From Gemmatimonadaceae bacterium (GTDB taxonomy: Bacteria > Gemmatimonadota > Gemmatimonadetes > Gemmatimonadales > Gemmatimonadaceae): a stretch of DNA of 64,000 bases. The translations under genes and the position numbers were made by a program. Within the stretch, counting starts at the first letter, position 1. Each line of letters starts with the position of its first letter. This document shows positions 55,535 to 64,000 of this stretch, piece by piece. Where the stretch lies: contig JADZDM010000002.1 in the NCBI GenBank assembly GCA_020851035.1, positions 3,995-67,994 on the forward strand, written 5' to 3'. The notes under the pieces were generated by a model, which was not told the origin of the DNA, ran no database searches, and was given only the letters and a program-made list of their open reading frames with translations.

Positions 55535-56731
55535 CTACCGCGTGGCCGCCAGCACCTTGAACCGCGGCCCATCGTGCACGGTGCGCAGGTTCCCGAAGCG
55601 CTCCAGCACGAGGCGCTCGTAGGGCAGCGTGCGGTTGGCGACGAGTTCCAACCGCCCCCCCGGCTTCAGCACCGCCCACGCGTCACGGATGAACTGCGCC
55701 GGCACGTCGAGGTCCGTGGCCTTGCCGACGTGAAAGGGCGGGTTGGTGACCACGAGGTCGAAGCGGCGGTCGAGCACGGCGCCCGCCACGTCACTCCCGA
55801 GCGCTTCGCACCGCGTGACGCCCTGCGCCGCGATCGTATGCCGCACGCAGCGCACGGCTTCGAGGTCGGCATCCACGAGGGTCACGCGACCCGTCTGTGA
55901 CAGGTGCGCGGCGAGCAGGCCCAGCACCCCGATGCCGCAGCCGAGATCGAGCACGTCGTCGCCGGGACGCACCGACATCGCGTCGGCCAGGATCGAGGTG
56001 GCCTCGTCGAGGTGTTCCCACGAGAACACGCCGGGTCGCGACGCGACGGACATCGGGATGCCGCGGAGGGTGATGGTGAGCTCCCGGAACCGGTCGCGAT
56101 CGAGCCAGTCGCCCGCGAGCACGAGCGGATCCGCGGGTGCGGCCGCGCGCTTCACTGCCGACACCACACGATTGCCGCTGTCGGTGGCGAGCACGGTGCA
56201 GTTGCCGAACACCTTCTCCAGCAGCGTGGCCGCCGACTTGATCCCTTCGTTGGTGGCACCGGACAGGGTGCAGCTGCCACCGGGACGCAGGAGGAAGAAG
56301 GCGTCGCGCAGCAGCTCGAGCAACGCCGCCTTCTCGGTGGGGATCCGGATCGCCACGACGTCTGCGACCAGTCCGGCCGGGAGCGGGGCGCCGCCCTGCC
56401 CCGCGCGCACCTGTACCGTCGCTGCGCCGTTGAGTTCGACACTCCGTATGGCGGCCTCGACCGAGATGGCGTTCCGGTCGGTGAGCCAGACCTCCGACGC
56501 CCCGTGGCCAAGGGCAGCCGAAATACCGAAGAGTCCGCTTCCGCACTGCATCTGCACCACCACCGAACCCACCGGCACCCTGACGCGCTCCGCCAGGAGA
56601 CGGGCAGCCGGGTCGTCGGAACCATGTCCGAGGAGTCCTGGCTTCGTGGCCAGCGACCAGGTCCTCGGGCCGACGGCCACGGACCGGGTGCGCCAGGTGT
56701 GGTAGCCGTCGGCGATGGGAGTTGAACGCAT
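55535..56731 (-). CDS. RsmC-like two-domain class I SAM-dependent methyltransferase
   Basis: ORF 55535..58159 trimmed to ATG 56729-56731. ..VLDLGCGIGVLG.., ..DLVVTNPPFHVG.. Confidence 0.8.
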   Translation of the reverse strand: MRSTPIADGYHTWRTRSVAVGPRTWSLATKPGLLGHGSDDPAARLLAERVRVPVGSVVVQMQCGSGLFGISAALGHGASEVWLTDRNAISVEAAIRSVELNGAATVQVRAGQGGAPLPAGLVADVVAIRIPTEKAALLELLRDAFFLLRPGGSCTLSGATNEGIKSAATLLEKVFGNCTVLATDSGNRVVSAVKRAAAPADPLVLAGDWLDRDRFRELTITLRGIPMSVASRPGVFSWEHLDEATSILADAMSVRPGDDVLDLGCGIGVLGLLAAHLSQTGRVTLVDADLEAVRCVRHTIAAQGVTRCEALGSDVAGAVLDRRFDLVVTNPPFHVGKATDLDVPAQFIRDAWAVLKPGGRLELVANRTLPYERLVLERFGNLRTVHDGPRFKVLAATR

Positions 56732-56884
56732 CAATGGCTGGGACGTTGCGAAGACGGCGGCGAGCCCGTGCAGGATAACGCAGACGGGCCAGTGCAAGCT
56801 CTCAGGGACGGTGCGGAATGAATTCCCGTTGCCACCGGTCCGCCCGATGGGCAGTTTCGATTTGCATCTCCACCCTCCGTCCTG

Positions 56885-58036
56885 ATGCTCTTGCGCCGTC
56901 CCGGCACGCCGCGTTTCCGCCTGAGCTCGCTCATGCTGCCGTGGGCCGTGCTCGCGGCGTGTGCGCTGGAGCCTGCACCGGGGCGTGCCTCGCTGCAGGC
57001 CCAGGAGATTCGCGGACTGGCCAAGCTGGATTCGCGCGGCGATGCGGTCTGGGGAGCGAATGTCACGCTGATGGACTCGCTCGGTCGCGAGACGGCGGCC
57101 ACCCGGACCAACCGGCGAGGGGAGTTCGTCGTGAAGGCGCCGGCGGCAGGGACGTACTGGCTCCAGCTCTCGGCGCGCACGGTGGGGCGGAACGCCTCGC
57201 CGGTGTTCGTGCTCGACAGCGGCATGACGCTCAACTACGAGCACGTGTTCCGCCAGTCGCTTTCGGCGCGGGTGCGGGGCGAGGACTTCAGCGCCCAGTC
57301 GGTGCTGACCGGCCCCTTCCTCGACAGCACGTCTGGCCGCATCACGCGGGGCGTGAGCACCACGCCGGTGCGCCAGGTACGCGTGACGGTGCTCGACGCA
57401 CGGAACGAGGCGCCGATCGCGCGGGCCGAGGTGGCGCTGGTGGCGATCGATCCGCGCTTCTCGCAGGTCGTGGGGGGCGGCACCGACACGAACGGCACCG
57501 GCGGCTGGCGCGACGTGCAGCAGACCTGGTACCGCGTGGTGGCGCGGCGCATCGGCTTCGAGCCCGGGGGCACGCTCTCGTTCCCGATCGTCGGCGAGGC
57601 CGACAGCGTCGACGTCGTGCTCCGCCTGCAGATGGTGACCGTGCTCGACCCGATCACCGTGATGGAGCAGCGGATCACGGCGTTCGGCTTCAACCTCGAC
57701 CTGATGAGCCGCTTCTACCTCGGCGGCATGGACCTGCTGGAGCGGAATCCCTCGGCGCGGAGCGTGGACGACCTCATCACGTCGCTGCGCATCCCGGGAC
57801 TGAGCATCGCCACCGGCGACATGACGTCGGTGCTGCGCTACCGCGGCCAGCGGGTGCGGGTGTTCATCCTCGACGGCACGCGCACCTCGGGTGAGCTGCC
57901 GCTGGTCGAGCCGGGCGCGGTGGAATCGCTGATGTTCGTGCCACCGCAGGAGGCGGGTGCGATCTTCGGCCCCGATGCCAGCGGCGGGGTGCTGATCATC
58001 AACACCCGCGCCAGCCGGCAGCCCGGCCGGCGCTGA
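56885..58036 (+). CDS. Carboxypeptidase-regulatory-like + TonB plug-like protein without a barrel
   Basis: 383 aa. Signal peptide present. ..TRTNRRGEFVVKAPAAGTYWL.. and a second ..VLDARNEAPIARAEV.. fold. Plug-like C-terminus ..LRYRGQRVRVFILDG..GGVLIINTRA. Confidence 0.6.
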   Translation: MLLRRPGTPRFRLSSLMLPWAVLAACALEPAPGRASLQAQEIRGLAKLDSRGDAVWGANVTLMDSLGRETAATRTNRRGEFVVKAPAAGTYWLQLSARTVGRNASPVFVLDSGMTLNYEHVFRQSLSARVRGEDFSAQSVLTGPFLDSTSGRITRGVSTTPVRQVRVTVLDARNEAPIARAEVALVAIDPRFSQVVGGGTDTNGTGGWRDVQQTWYRVVARRIGFEPGGTLSFPIVGEADSVDVVLRLQMVTVLDPITVMEQRITAFGFNLDLMSRFYLGGMDLLERNPSARSVDDLITSLRIPGLSIATGDMTSVLRYRGQRVRVFILDGTRTSGELPLVEPGAVESLMFVPPQEAGAIFGPDASGGVLIINTRASRQPGRR

Positions 58037-58187
58037 GGGAAAGGCTGGTAGACACTGGCACTTCGTGAAGGCGCGGACACATGTCGCGCGCATGCTGCAG
58101 CGCGCCGCCAGAGCGGCCGAGACATGGGCGCCTGGCGCCGTCCGCGACGCGATTGTCACATGACGGTGCGCTCACCACCCGCAGCAC

Positions 58188-58740
58188 TTGAACCGGAACG
58201 GGGCGGTCACACAGACAACGATGCTCGAGCATGGAAGTCCGCAACGGGACGGTACGCTGGGCTGGCTGCTCCTCGCACGCTTCCCGGTGGCTCTGGCCCT
58301 CGCGTCGTGGCACGACACGTGGGCTGCGTCGGTCGCCATCGGCGGCCCGTCGGCATCGGCACATGCCGGCTCACACGAGTGATGCCGGGGGCGATGATCA
58401 CACGCTTCGTGGTCGCCACCGCGTTCATGACCTTTTCGGCACTCCTCATTCACCAGTCTTACGGGATGATCGAGCTGCACTTCCACATCTTCACCTGACT
58501 GACGGTCCTCGTCACCGATCGTGACTGGCGCGCGCCGATCGTGGCGGCGGTGGTGGTCGCCGTGCACCGCGTGTTGTTCATGTTCATCCGGAATGTGGGG
58601 GCGCCGGTGCATGCCTTTCCCGCCGGCCGCCGCACGCAGCTCTGGCTGGTGGCTGTGCATGCCGGGTTCGTGGTGATGGAAACCGGTGTGCCGGTGTGGA
58701 TGATCCTCGCACTCGCCCGCGAGGTGGGTGACGCGGAGGG
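58188..58740 (+). pseudogene. Decayed His-rich polytopic membrane (sensor-like) module: one frameshift and one in-frame TGA
   Basis: TM-like reading continues across three pieces. Frame 0 gives ..TLGWLLLARFPVALALASWHDTWAASVAIGG.. and stops at 58380-58382. The next frame gives ..AMITRFVVATAFMTFSALLIHQSYGMIELHFHIFT and hits TGA at 58496-58498. The same frame then resumes ..LTVLVTDRDWRAPIVAAVVVAVHRVLFMFIRN..LWLVAVHAGFVVMETGVPVWMILALA.. Confidence 0.35.
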
Positions 58741-59374
58741 GGTGTCGCAGATCGCCACGGCGCCCCGCCGTCGCGCGCCGCGCCGCACTTCCGGCTTCCG
58801 GCGAGTGCCTGCGCGGGGCGCATTCATCACTCAGATGTTTGCATTCAAGCGAACTGGATCATTGGTCGATTCTCATGGCATACCCCGCCGGCGGCTGAGG
58901 ATTTCGGCCGCGGGTGCCCGTGCCAGGCCCCGAGAAGGAAGCCCTCCGATGCCCACTGCGAGTCATTCGCGTGCACGTCACCGCCCCGCACTGAGCCTCC
59001 CCATCCTCACCGTGCTGGTCGCCCGTGCCCCGGTGCCCCGGTGCCCCGACCGGGGCTCGACCCGCTCGTCAAGCCACAAGGCGTGGCCCGGCCGCGCCTG
59101 CAGTACCTGAACGGCTGCCTGACGCTTGGCCTGACCGAAAACCTGCAGCTCGATGCCCGGGCCGGACCGGTCTGCGGATGGTCGGCGGTGCAGACGTCTT
59201 CCTTGGCGTCGGCGTGTCACGCCGCTGGTGAAGCCGACCCGCACGCGTCCCAGAGGTTGGACCACCCTAAAGATTGTCCGACCCACCGTCGAACCTCACC
59301 TGAATGACCGCGATCCGCGCCACCGGCACCGCCGCGTCCACTGTGACTTACCGCCTCCTGCCAGAGACTTCCGC

Positions 59375-61393
59375 ATGATGTCGAAGATGACCCTCCGCGC
59401 CAAGCTTCTCCTCATCGCCTTCCTCGGTGCCACCGGCACCGTCCTCGTGGGAGCGGCAGCGATCTGGATCCTTTCGCAGAGCACCAGCGGGAACGGCACG
59501 CTGGCGGTGGCCAACACGGCGCAACGCGCGCAGATGGACGCCGACATGATGCACGATGCGATCCGCGCTGACGTCTACCTCGCGCAACTCGCCGCCGCGG
59601 AGCAGGATTCCGTCCGGCTGCGCAGCGCACAGCGGCTCCTGGGTGAGCACGAGACGCGCATCACCGCGCGCCTGAACGAGATCCGCGCGCTCGCGACCAA
59701 CGCGGAGACGAGACAGCGCGTCGAGGCAGCCATCCCGGTCGTGGCGGCGTACGTTGCCGCAGCGACTCGCGCCGCAGACGCCTCGACGGCCACGCGCGCG
59801 ACGGCGCTCCAGGACTTCGACGCTGGATTCGGGAAGCTGGCCACTGAGCTCGAACGGCTCGGCAACGGCATCCAGGGCGAGTCGACGGCCGCATTCGCGC
59901 AAATGCACTCGGCACGCAACATCGTGCTCGTCGCAATGCTGATCACCGTCATGCTGTCGCTGTTCGCCTCGATCCTGATCGAGCGGCGCATCAGCCGGGA
60001 CCTGCACCAGCTCGTCGAGCGGGCGCAGCAGCTGCGCAACAACTGCATCACGCAGCTGCGGCATGGCCTCGAGTGCATGGCGAAGGGTGACCTCACGCAG
60101 CGTGTCACGCCCAGCACGAAGCCGCTGGCCGTGCTGGCGGACGACCAGGTGGGGGCCATGACCGCCACCGTCAACGACATCATCGGCCTGACGCAGGCGA
60201 TGGTCGCGGCCTACGACTCGGCGCGCGGCAACGTGCAGCAGCTGGTCGGTGAGACGGAGCACCTGACGGCCGCAGCCCGCGATGGCCGGCTGTCCGAGCG
60301 CGGTGACGTCGAGAAGTTCCACGGCAGCTACCAGGCGCTCGTCCGCGGCATCAACAGCACGCTCGACGCCGTCGTGGCGCCCATCACCGAGACCTCCGCC
60401 GCGCTGGAGCTGCTGGCCCGGCGTGACCTCACGGCGCGCGTGTCCGGCAACTACCGCGGCGACCATGCCGTGATCCAGCAGGCCTTCAACACCGCGATGG
60501 AGAGCCTCTCGGACGCCATGGCCGGCGTGACGCAGACGGCCGGCGGCGTGGCGGCGAGCGCGGCACAGATCGACGGCGGCGCGCAGGAACTGGCACAGTC
60601 GGCCTCTGACCAGGCCGCGGCGCTCGAGGAGGTCTCCGCCAGCGCCCGCGAGCTCTCGGCGATGACCAAGCGCAACGCCGAAAGTGCGGCGGAAGGGCGG
60701 CAGCTGGCCGAGGGCGCCCACCAGAGCACCAGTGCCGGCGCCGGCGAGGCCCGCCGCCTGGCCGAGGCGATGCAGCGCATGAAGGTCAGCGCCGAGTCCA
60801 CCGCACGCATCGTCCGCACGATCGACGACATCGCCTTCCAGACCAACCTGCTCGCGCTCAATGCCGCCGTGGAGGCGGCACGCGCCGGCGACAGCGGCCG
60901 CGGCTTCGCCGTGGTGGCCGACGAGGTGCGCAACCTCGCGCTGCGGTCCGCCGAGGCGGCACGCACGACCGCCGACCTGATCGAGGAGAGTGTGCGCAGC
61001 ACCGAGCTCGGTGTGACCCTGAACGAGCGCGTGCTCGCACAGCTCGGCGAAATCGAGTCACGCGTGAGCCGCGTCGGGCAGGTGGTGAGCGAGATCTCCG
61101 CCGCCAGCGACGAGCAGGCCCGCGGGGTGCAGCTGATCGACGGCGCGCTGGAGGAGATGGCGCGGCGCACGCAGGCGGTGGCCGCGAGCGCTGACGAGAG
61201 CAAGTCGGCATCGACCGGGCTCACGGAGCAGAGCCGCGCGATGCACGCGCTGGTGGCGAGCTTCGTGGTGGAGCAGCAGGGTGCCGGCTCATCGAGCGAG
61301 CGCACCGCGCCGACGTCGCGCGTGACGGTGGGGAGTGGCCGGCCGGCGCATGGCGTGCGCCCGCGGCGCCTGGTCCCGGTGATGCGCGGCTAG
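59375..61393 (+). CDS. Methyl-accepting chemotaxis protein (TM, 4-helix-bundle sensor, HAMP, MA domain)
   Basis: ORF 59153..61393 trimmed to ATG 59375 ([25 protein letters not shown]). ..[41 protein letters not shown].. Confidence 0.9.
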   Translation: MMSKMTLRAKLLLIAFLGATGTVLVGAAAIWILSQSTSGNGTLAVANTAQRAQMDADMMHDAIRADVYLAQLAAAEQDSVRLRSAQRLLGEHETRITARLNEIRALATNAETRQRVEAAIPVVAAYVAAATRAADASTATRATALQDFDAGFGKLATELERLGNGIQGESTAAFAQMHSARNIVLVAMLITVMLSLFASILIERRISRDLHQLVERAQQLRNNCITQLRHGLECMAKGDLTQRVTPSTKPLAVLADDQVGAMTATVNDIIGLTQAMVAAYDSARGNVQQLVGETEHLTAAARDGRLSERGDVEKFHGSYQALVRGINSTLDAVVAPITETSAALELLARRDLTARVSGNYRGDHAVIQQAFNTAMESLSDAMAGVTQTAGGVAASAAQIDGGAQELAQSASDQAAALEEVSASARELSAMTKRNAESAAEGRQLAEGAHQSTSAGAGEARRLAEAMQRMKVSAESTARIVRTIDDIAFQTNLLALNAAVEAARAGDSGRGFAVVADEVRNLALRSAEAARTTADLIEESVRSTELGVTLNERVLAQLGEIESRVSRVGQVVSEISAASDEQARGVQLIDGALEEMARRTQAVAASADESKSASTGLTEQSRAMHALVASFVVEQQGAGSSSERTAPTSRVTVGSGRPAHGVRPRRLVPVMRG

Positions 61394-61479
61394 CCGGCGC
61401 GCCGGGTGTCGCGTGCTGGCCGTCTCACGACGCGCCAGCGGAGGTACCCGTATTCGCCGCACGCACCGGGGGTGGCATA

Positions 61480-62124
61480 TTGCCGCCACCCATGGCTGAC
61501 CCGCAGCGCTACCCGATTCCCGCCCAGCGCGTCCGCACCGAGGACGTGGTCGACCGCAGCCGCTTCATCTGCACGCTCGCTGCCGCCGACTCGCCCGAGG
61601 CGGCACACGCCCTGGTTCGTGACGTCTCGGCCGAGTTCCCGGACGCCACCCACCACTGCTGGGCGTTCGTCGCCGGCGCACCCGGGAGCACGGGCCGGAT
61701 CGGGATGAGCGACGACGGCGAGCCGCATGGCACCGCTGGGCGCCCGATGCTGACCGTGCTGCTGCATTCCGGCATCGGGGAGGTGGCCGCCGTGGTCACG
61801 CGCTACTACGGTGGCACCAAGCTTGGCACCGGCGGCCTCGCCCGGGCCTACTCGGGCGCCGTCCAGTCGGCGCTCGCCGCACTCACCACCCGCGAAAAGG
61901 TGGCGTACGCCCCCGTCTCGCTCACGGTCTCGTATGCCCACTTCTCGGCAGTCCAGCACCTCATGCCGGCCTTCGAGGCGGAGGTCACGGGTGAGGTGTT
62001 CGCCGAGGAGGTGACGCTCCACCTGCGAGTCCCGGTGGAGCTGGCCACGGCCCTGCGCGCCGCGATCGGCAATACCACGCACGGACAGGCGCACTTCTTC
62101 GACGAGGGCGAACCCGCGGCCTGA
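61480..62124 (+). CDS. yigZ: YigZ/IMPACT family protein
   Basis: 214 aa. ..SRFICTLAAADSPEAAHALV..ATHHCWAFV..DDGEPHGTAGRPML..VVTRYYGGTKLGTGGLARAY.. Confidence 0.85.
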   Translation: MPPPMADPQRYPIPAQRVRTEDVVDRSRFICTLAAADSPEAAHALVRDVSAEFPDATHHCWAFVAGAPGSTGRIGMSDDGEPHGTAGRPMLTVLLHSGIGEVAAVVTRYYGGTKLGTGGLARAYSGAVQSALAALTTREKVAYAPVSLTVSYAHFSAVQHLMPAFEAEVTGEVFAEEVTLHLRVPVELATALRAAIGNTTHGQAHFFDEGEPAA

Positions 62125-62164
62125 CGTGGCTGCGCCAGCCCCCGAGACGCGGTTGATTCCCACC

Positions 62165-64000
62165 ATGCCGATGCCCCTCCGACGCCTCGCCGGTACCCTC
62201 GCGGCACTGGCGGCAACCGTGTTCGCCCCCGCCGCTGCCGCCCAGCCGGCATCCCCGCCGCTCACGATCGAGCGCATCACCACCGGTCGATCGCTCATCG
62301 GCACGACCCCGGCGGCGCCGGTGTGGTCCCCCACGTCCGCACAGCTCGCCTTCCTCTGGAACGACCAGGGCCAGCCGCAGCGCACGCTCTGGATCGTCGC
62401 GCGCGGTGGCGGATCGCCGCGACGCCTGCTCCCCGACTCGCTCGACGGCCCGGTCACCGACTTCGCGTGGATGCCCGACGGTTCCGCGATCGTGTTCGTC
62501 CGGGGAGGTGACCTGTACCGGGCTGCGCCGGACGGCGGCACCGTCAGCCGGCTCACCGCAGGCGGTGGCGACAAGTCCGACGTGCGGATCGCCCCCGATG
62601 GACGCCAGGTGGCGTGGCTGTCCGACGGCGACGTGTTCGTGATGTCCTTTGCGACGGCGCGCGCCACGCGCCTCACCTCGCTGGCCGTACGCCCCCTCGG
62701 CACGGTGCCGCTGGGCACGTACTTCCGCGCCGACGTCGAGATCGGCAGCGCGACGTGGGGCGGCGATGCCCCGTCCTTCGCCTGGTCTCCCGACTCCCGC
62801 ACGATCGCCGTGCACTACGTGGACCGTCGCGGCGTGCCGGTGCTCGGCATTCCGTACTACCTGGGCAAGGCCCCGCTGGTGAACCAGGTGCGGCGGAGCG
62901 CGCCCGGTGACGCGAACGAGGTGCGCAAGGTCGGGCTGCTCGACGTGTCCTCGGCCACCCTGCGGTTCATCGAGCTGCCCGACTCCAGCGCCACGCGCAT
63001 CGTCAACGTCGCCTGGTCACCCACCGGTGCCCTGCTCATCGACCGCGAGAGCGACGATGCGGTCGACCGGGCGCTGTACGTGGTGCCGGCGGGCTCCACG
63101 ACGCCGCGGCGCATCTGGCACGACCACCGGGACACACGCATCTACAACGACGTGGCATCGGCGTGGAGCGGCGACGGCCGCACGGTGCTGATGACCGGTG
63201 ACCTCGACGACCGCTACCGCATCTACCGCCTCGTGCCGGGCGACACGATGCCGCGTGCGCTCACCACAGGCCCGTACGACGTGGCCGGCGCCGCCATCGC
63301 GAACCGCGCCACGCGCTCGATGTTCTGGCTGAGCACGGAGCCGCTGCCCTCGGAGCGCCATCTCTGGCGGATGCCGGAAGGCGGCGGGCGGCGGGAGCGC
63401 GTGACCACGATGGCCGGCGTGCACCTGCCGTTCGTCTCACCCGACGGCCGCACGGTCGCGCTGCTGACGTCGAACGACACCACGCCGTCGGAGCTCTACC
63501 TGCTGGACGTGAAGCCCGGCGCCACGGAGACACGCGTCACCCGATCCCAGGCGCCCGGGTTCGCGCAGGTGCGCTGGCAGCCGGCGCGCTACGTGACCTT
63601 CCGCAGCCGCACCGACACGCCACCGCTGCACGCGCGCATCATCCTGCCGCCGAACCTCGACTCCACGCGGAAATACCCGGTGCTCTTCGGCCCGGTGTAC
63701 TCCAACACCGTGCGCAACCGGTGGGCGGGCACCTATGGCACCCTGCAGCAGTACCTCGCGATCGAGAAGGGCTACATCGTCGTGCAGGTGGACGTGCGGG
63801 GCAGCACGGGGTATGGCCGCGACTTCCGCGAGAAGTTCCTGATGGACTGGGGCGGGCAGGACCTGGAGGACCTGGAGAGCGCCGTGGAGTACATGAAGTC
63901 CCTCCCCTTCGTCGATCCGTCACGCCTCGGCATCTGGGGCAGCAGCTACGGCGGCACCCTCACCGTGTACTCGTTGCTGCGGAAGCCGGGCCTCTTCCAG
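62165..64000 (+). CDS. S9 family peptidase (DPP-IV-like beta-propeller + prolyl oligopeptidase domain), 3' end beyond the window
   Basis: Absent from the ORF track because there is no stop in the window. My translation from ATG 62165 reads MPMPLRRLAGTLAALAATVFAPAAAAQ..WSPTSAQLAFLWND..FAWMPDGSAIVFV..IAPDGRQVAWLSDGDVFV..YPVLFGPVY..VQVDVRGSTGYGRDF..LGIWGSSYGGTLT.. Confidence 0.85.
   Translation, partial: MPMPLRRLAGTLAALAATVFAPAAAAQPASPPLTIERITTGRSLIGTTPAAPVWSPTSAQLAFLWNDQGQPQRTLWIVARGGGSPRRLLPDSLDGPVTDFAWMPDGSAIVFVRGGDLYRAAPDGGTVSRLTAGGGDKSDVRIAPDGRQVAWLSDGDVFVMSFATARATRLTSLAVRPLGTVPLGTYFRADVEIGSATWGGDAPSFAWSPDSRTIAVHYVDRRGVPVLGIPYYLGKAPLVNQVRRSAPGDANEVRKVGLLDVSSATLRFIELPDSSATRIVNVAWSPTGALLIDRESDDAVDRALYVVPAGSTTPRRIWHDHRDTRIYNDVASAWSGDGRTVLMTGDLDDRYRIYRLVPGDTMPRALTTGPYDVAGAAIANRATRSMFWLSTEPLPSERHLWRMPEGGGRRERVTTMAGVHLPFVSPDGRTVALLTSNDTTPSELYLLDVKPGATETRVTRSQAPGFAQVRWQPARYVTFRSRTDTPPLHARIILPPNLDSTRKYPVLFGPVYSNTVRNRWAGTYGTLQQYLAIEKGYIVVQVDVRGSTGYGRDFREKFLMDWGGQDLEDLESAVEYMKSLPFVDPSRLGIWGSSYGGTLTVYSLLRKPGLFQ

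Noticed and set aside
58496-58498. Selenocysteine or stop-codon recoding at the in-frame TGA of the membrane module.
   Set aside because: The position is inside a predicted TM helix, with no obvious SECIS-like hairpin immediately downstream. A second lesion, the frameshift near 58380, lies in the same reading. TGA is the normal stop for many genes here. Pseudogenisation or a sequencing error is simpler.
1-64000. Prophage, integrative element, defence island or toxin-antitoxin content.
   Set aside because: I recognised no integrase, transposase, recombinase, phage structural gene, restriction-modification gene, Cas, abortive-infection gene or TA-like gene. GC content and codon style look uniform apart from the short intergenic regions noted above.

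Overview
Very GC-rich, gene-dense chromosomal segment. I call about 55 protein-coding genes and see no rRNA, tRNA, CRISPR array, integrase or transposase. The gene content suggests a Gram-negative environmental bacterium, possibly Gemmatimonadota-like; this is an inference, not a computed result. Supporting features are TonB receptors with carboxypeptidase-regulatory-like N-termini, a PEP-CTERM protein, many lipoproteins, weak Shine-Dalgarno signals, and frequent ATGA, GTGA and TGATG start/stop overlaps. Because of the GC content, most long ORFs in the six-frame track are artefacts. I kept only frames with protein-like sequence and recognisable family motifs, and trimmed many to internal starts.

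Main content, in order:
- Housekeeping and envelope genes: HEAT and TPR proteins, a UbiE-like methyltransferase, GNATs, MetX-like.
- An ArnC-like GT2 / LAB_N / ArnT-like glycolipid module.
- A PAS-GGDEF-EAL protein and an Rrf2 regulator.
- A sortilin/BNR protein.
- An LtaS-like sulfatase, a patatin and an alpha/beta hydrolase.
- A nine-gene operon (29.6-40.5 kb) that joins glycogen synthase and a GH57 branching enzyme to four ATP-grasp-fold ligases, one GCS2 ligase and two esterases. It faces a divergent GlgP / second GH57 pair.
- A DUF4331-DUF4331-TPR-HupE/UreJ-DUF6702 operon.
- A large secreted LTD/Big_2/PKD nuclease, translationally coupled to a PEP-CTERM protein.
- FAH-family, amidohydrolase and rRNA-modification genes.
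- A decayed His-rich membrane sensor next to an MCP.
- YigZ and an S9 peptidase that runs off the window end.

The two most unusual observations:
1. The glycogen / amide-ligase / esterase super-operon. I cannot match it to any characterised pathway.
2. A palindromic repeat family with core GGTGACAGTGCAC / GTGCACTGTCACC. It forms inverted arrays in two convergent intergenic regions. One array is linked to a perfect 84-bp duplication of the 3' end of the PEP-CTERM gene.

All homology statements come from reading the translations and remembering family motifs. No searches were run.
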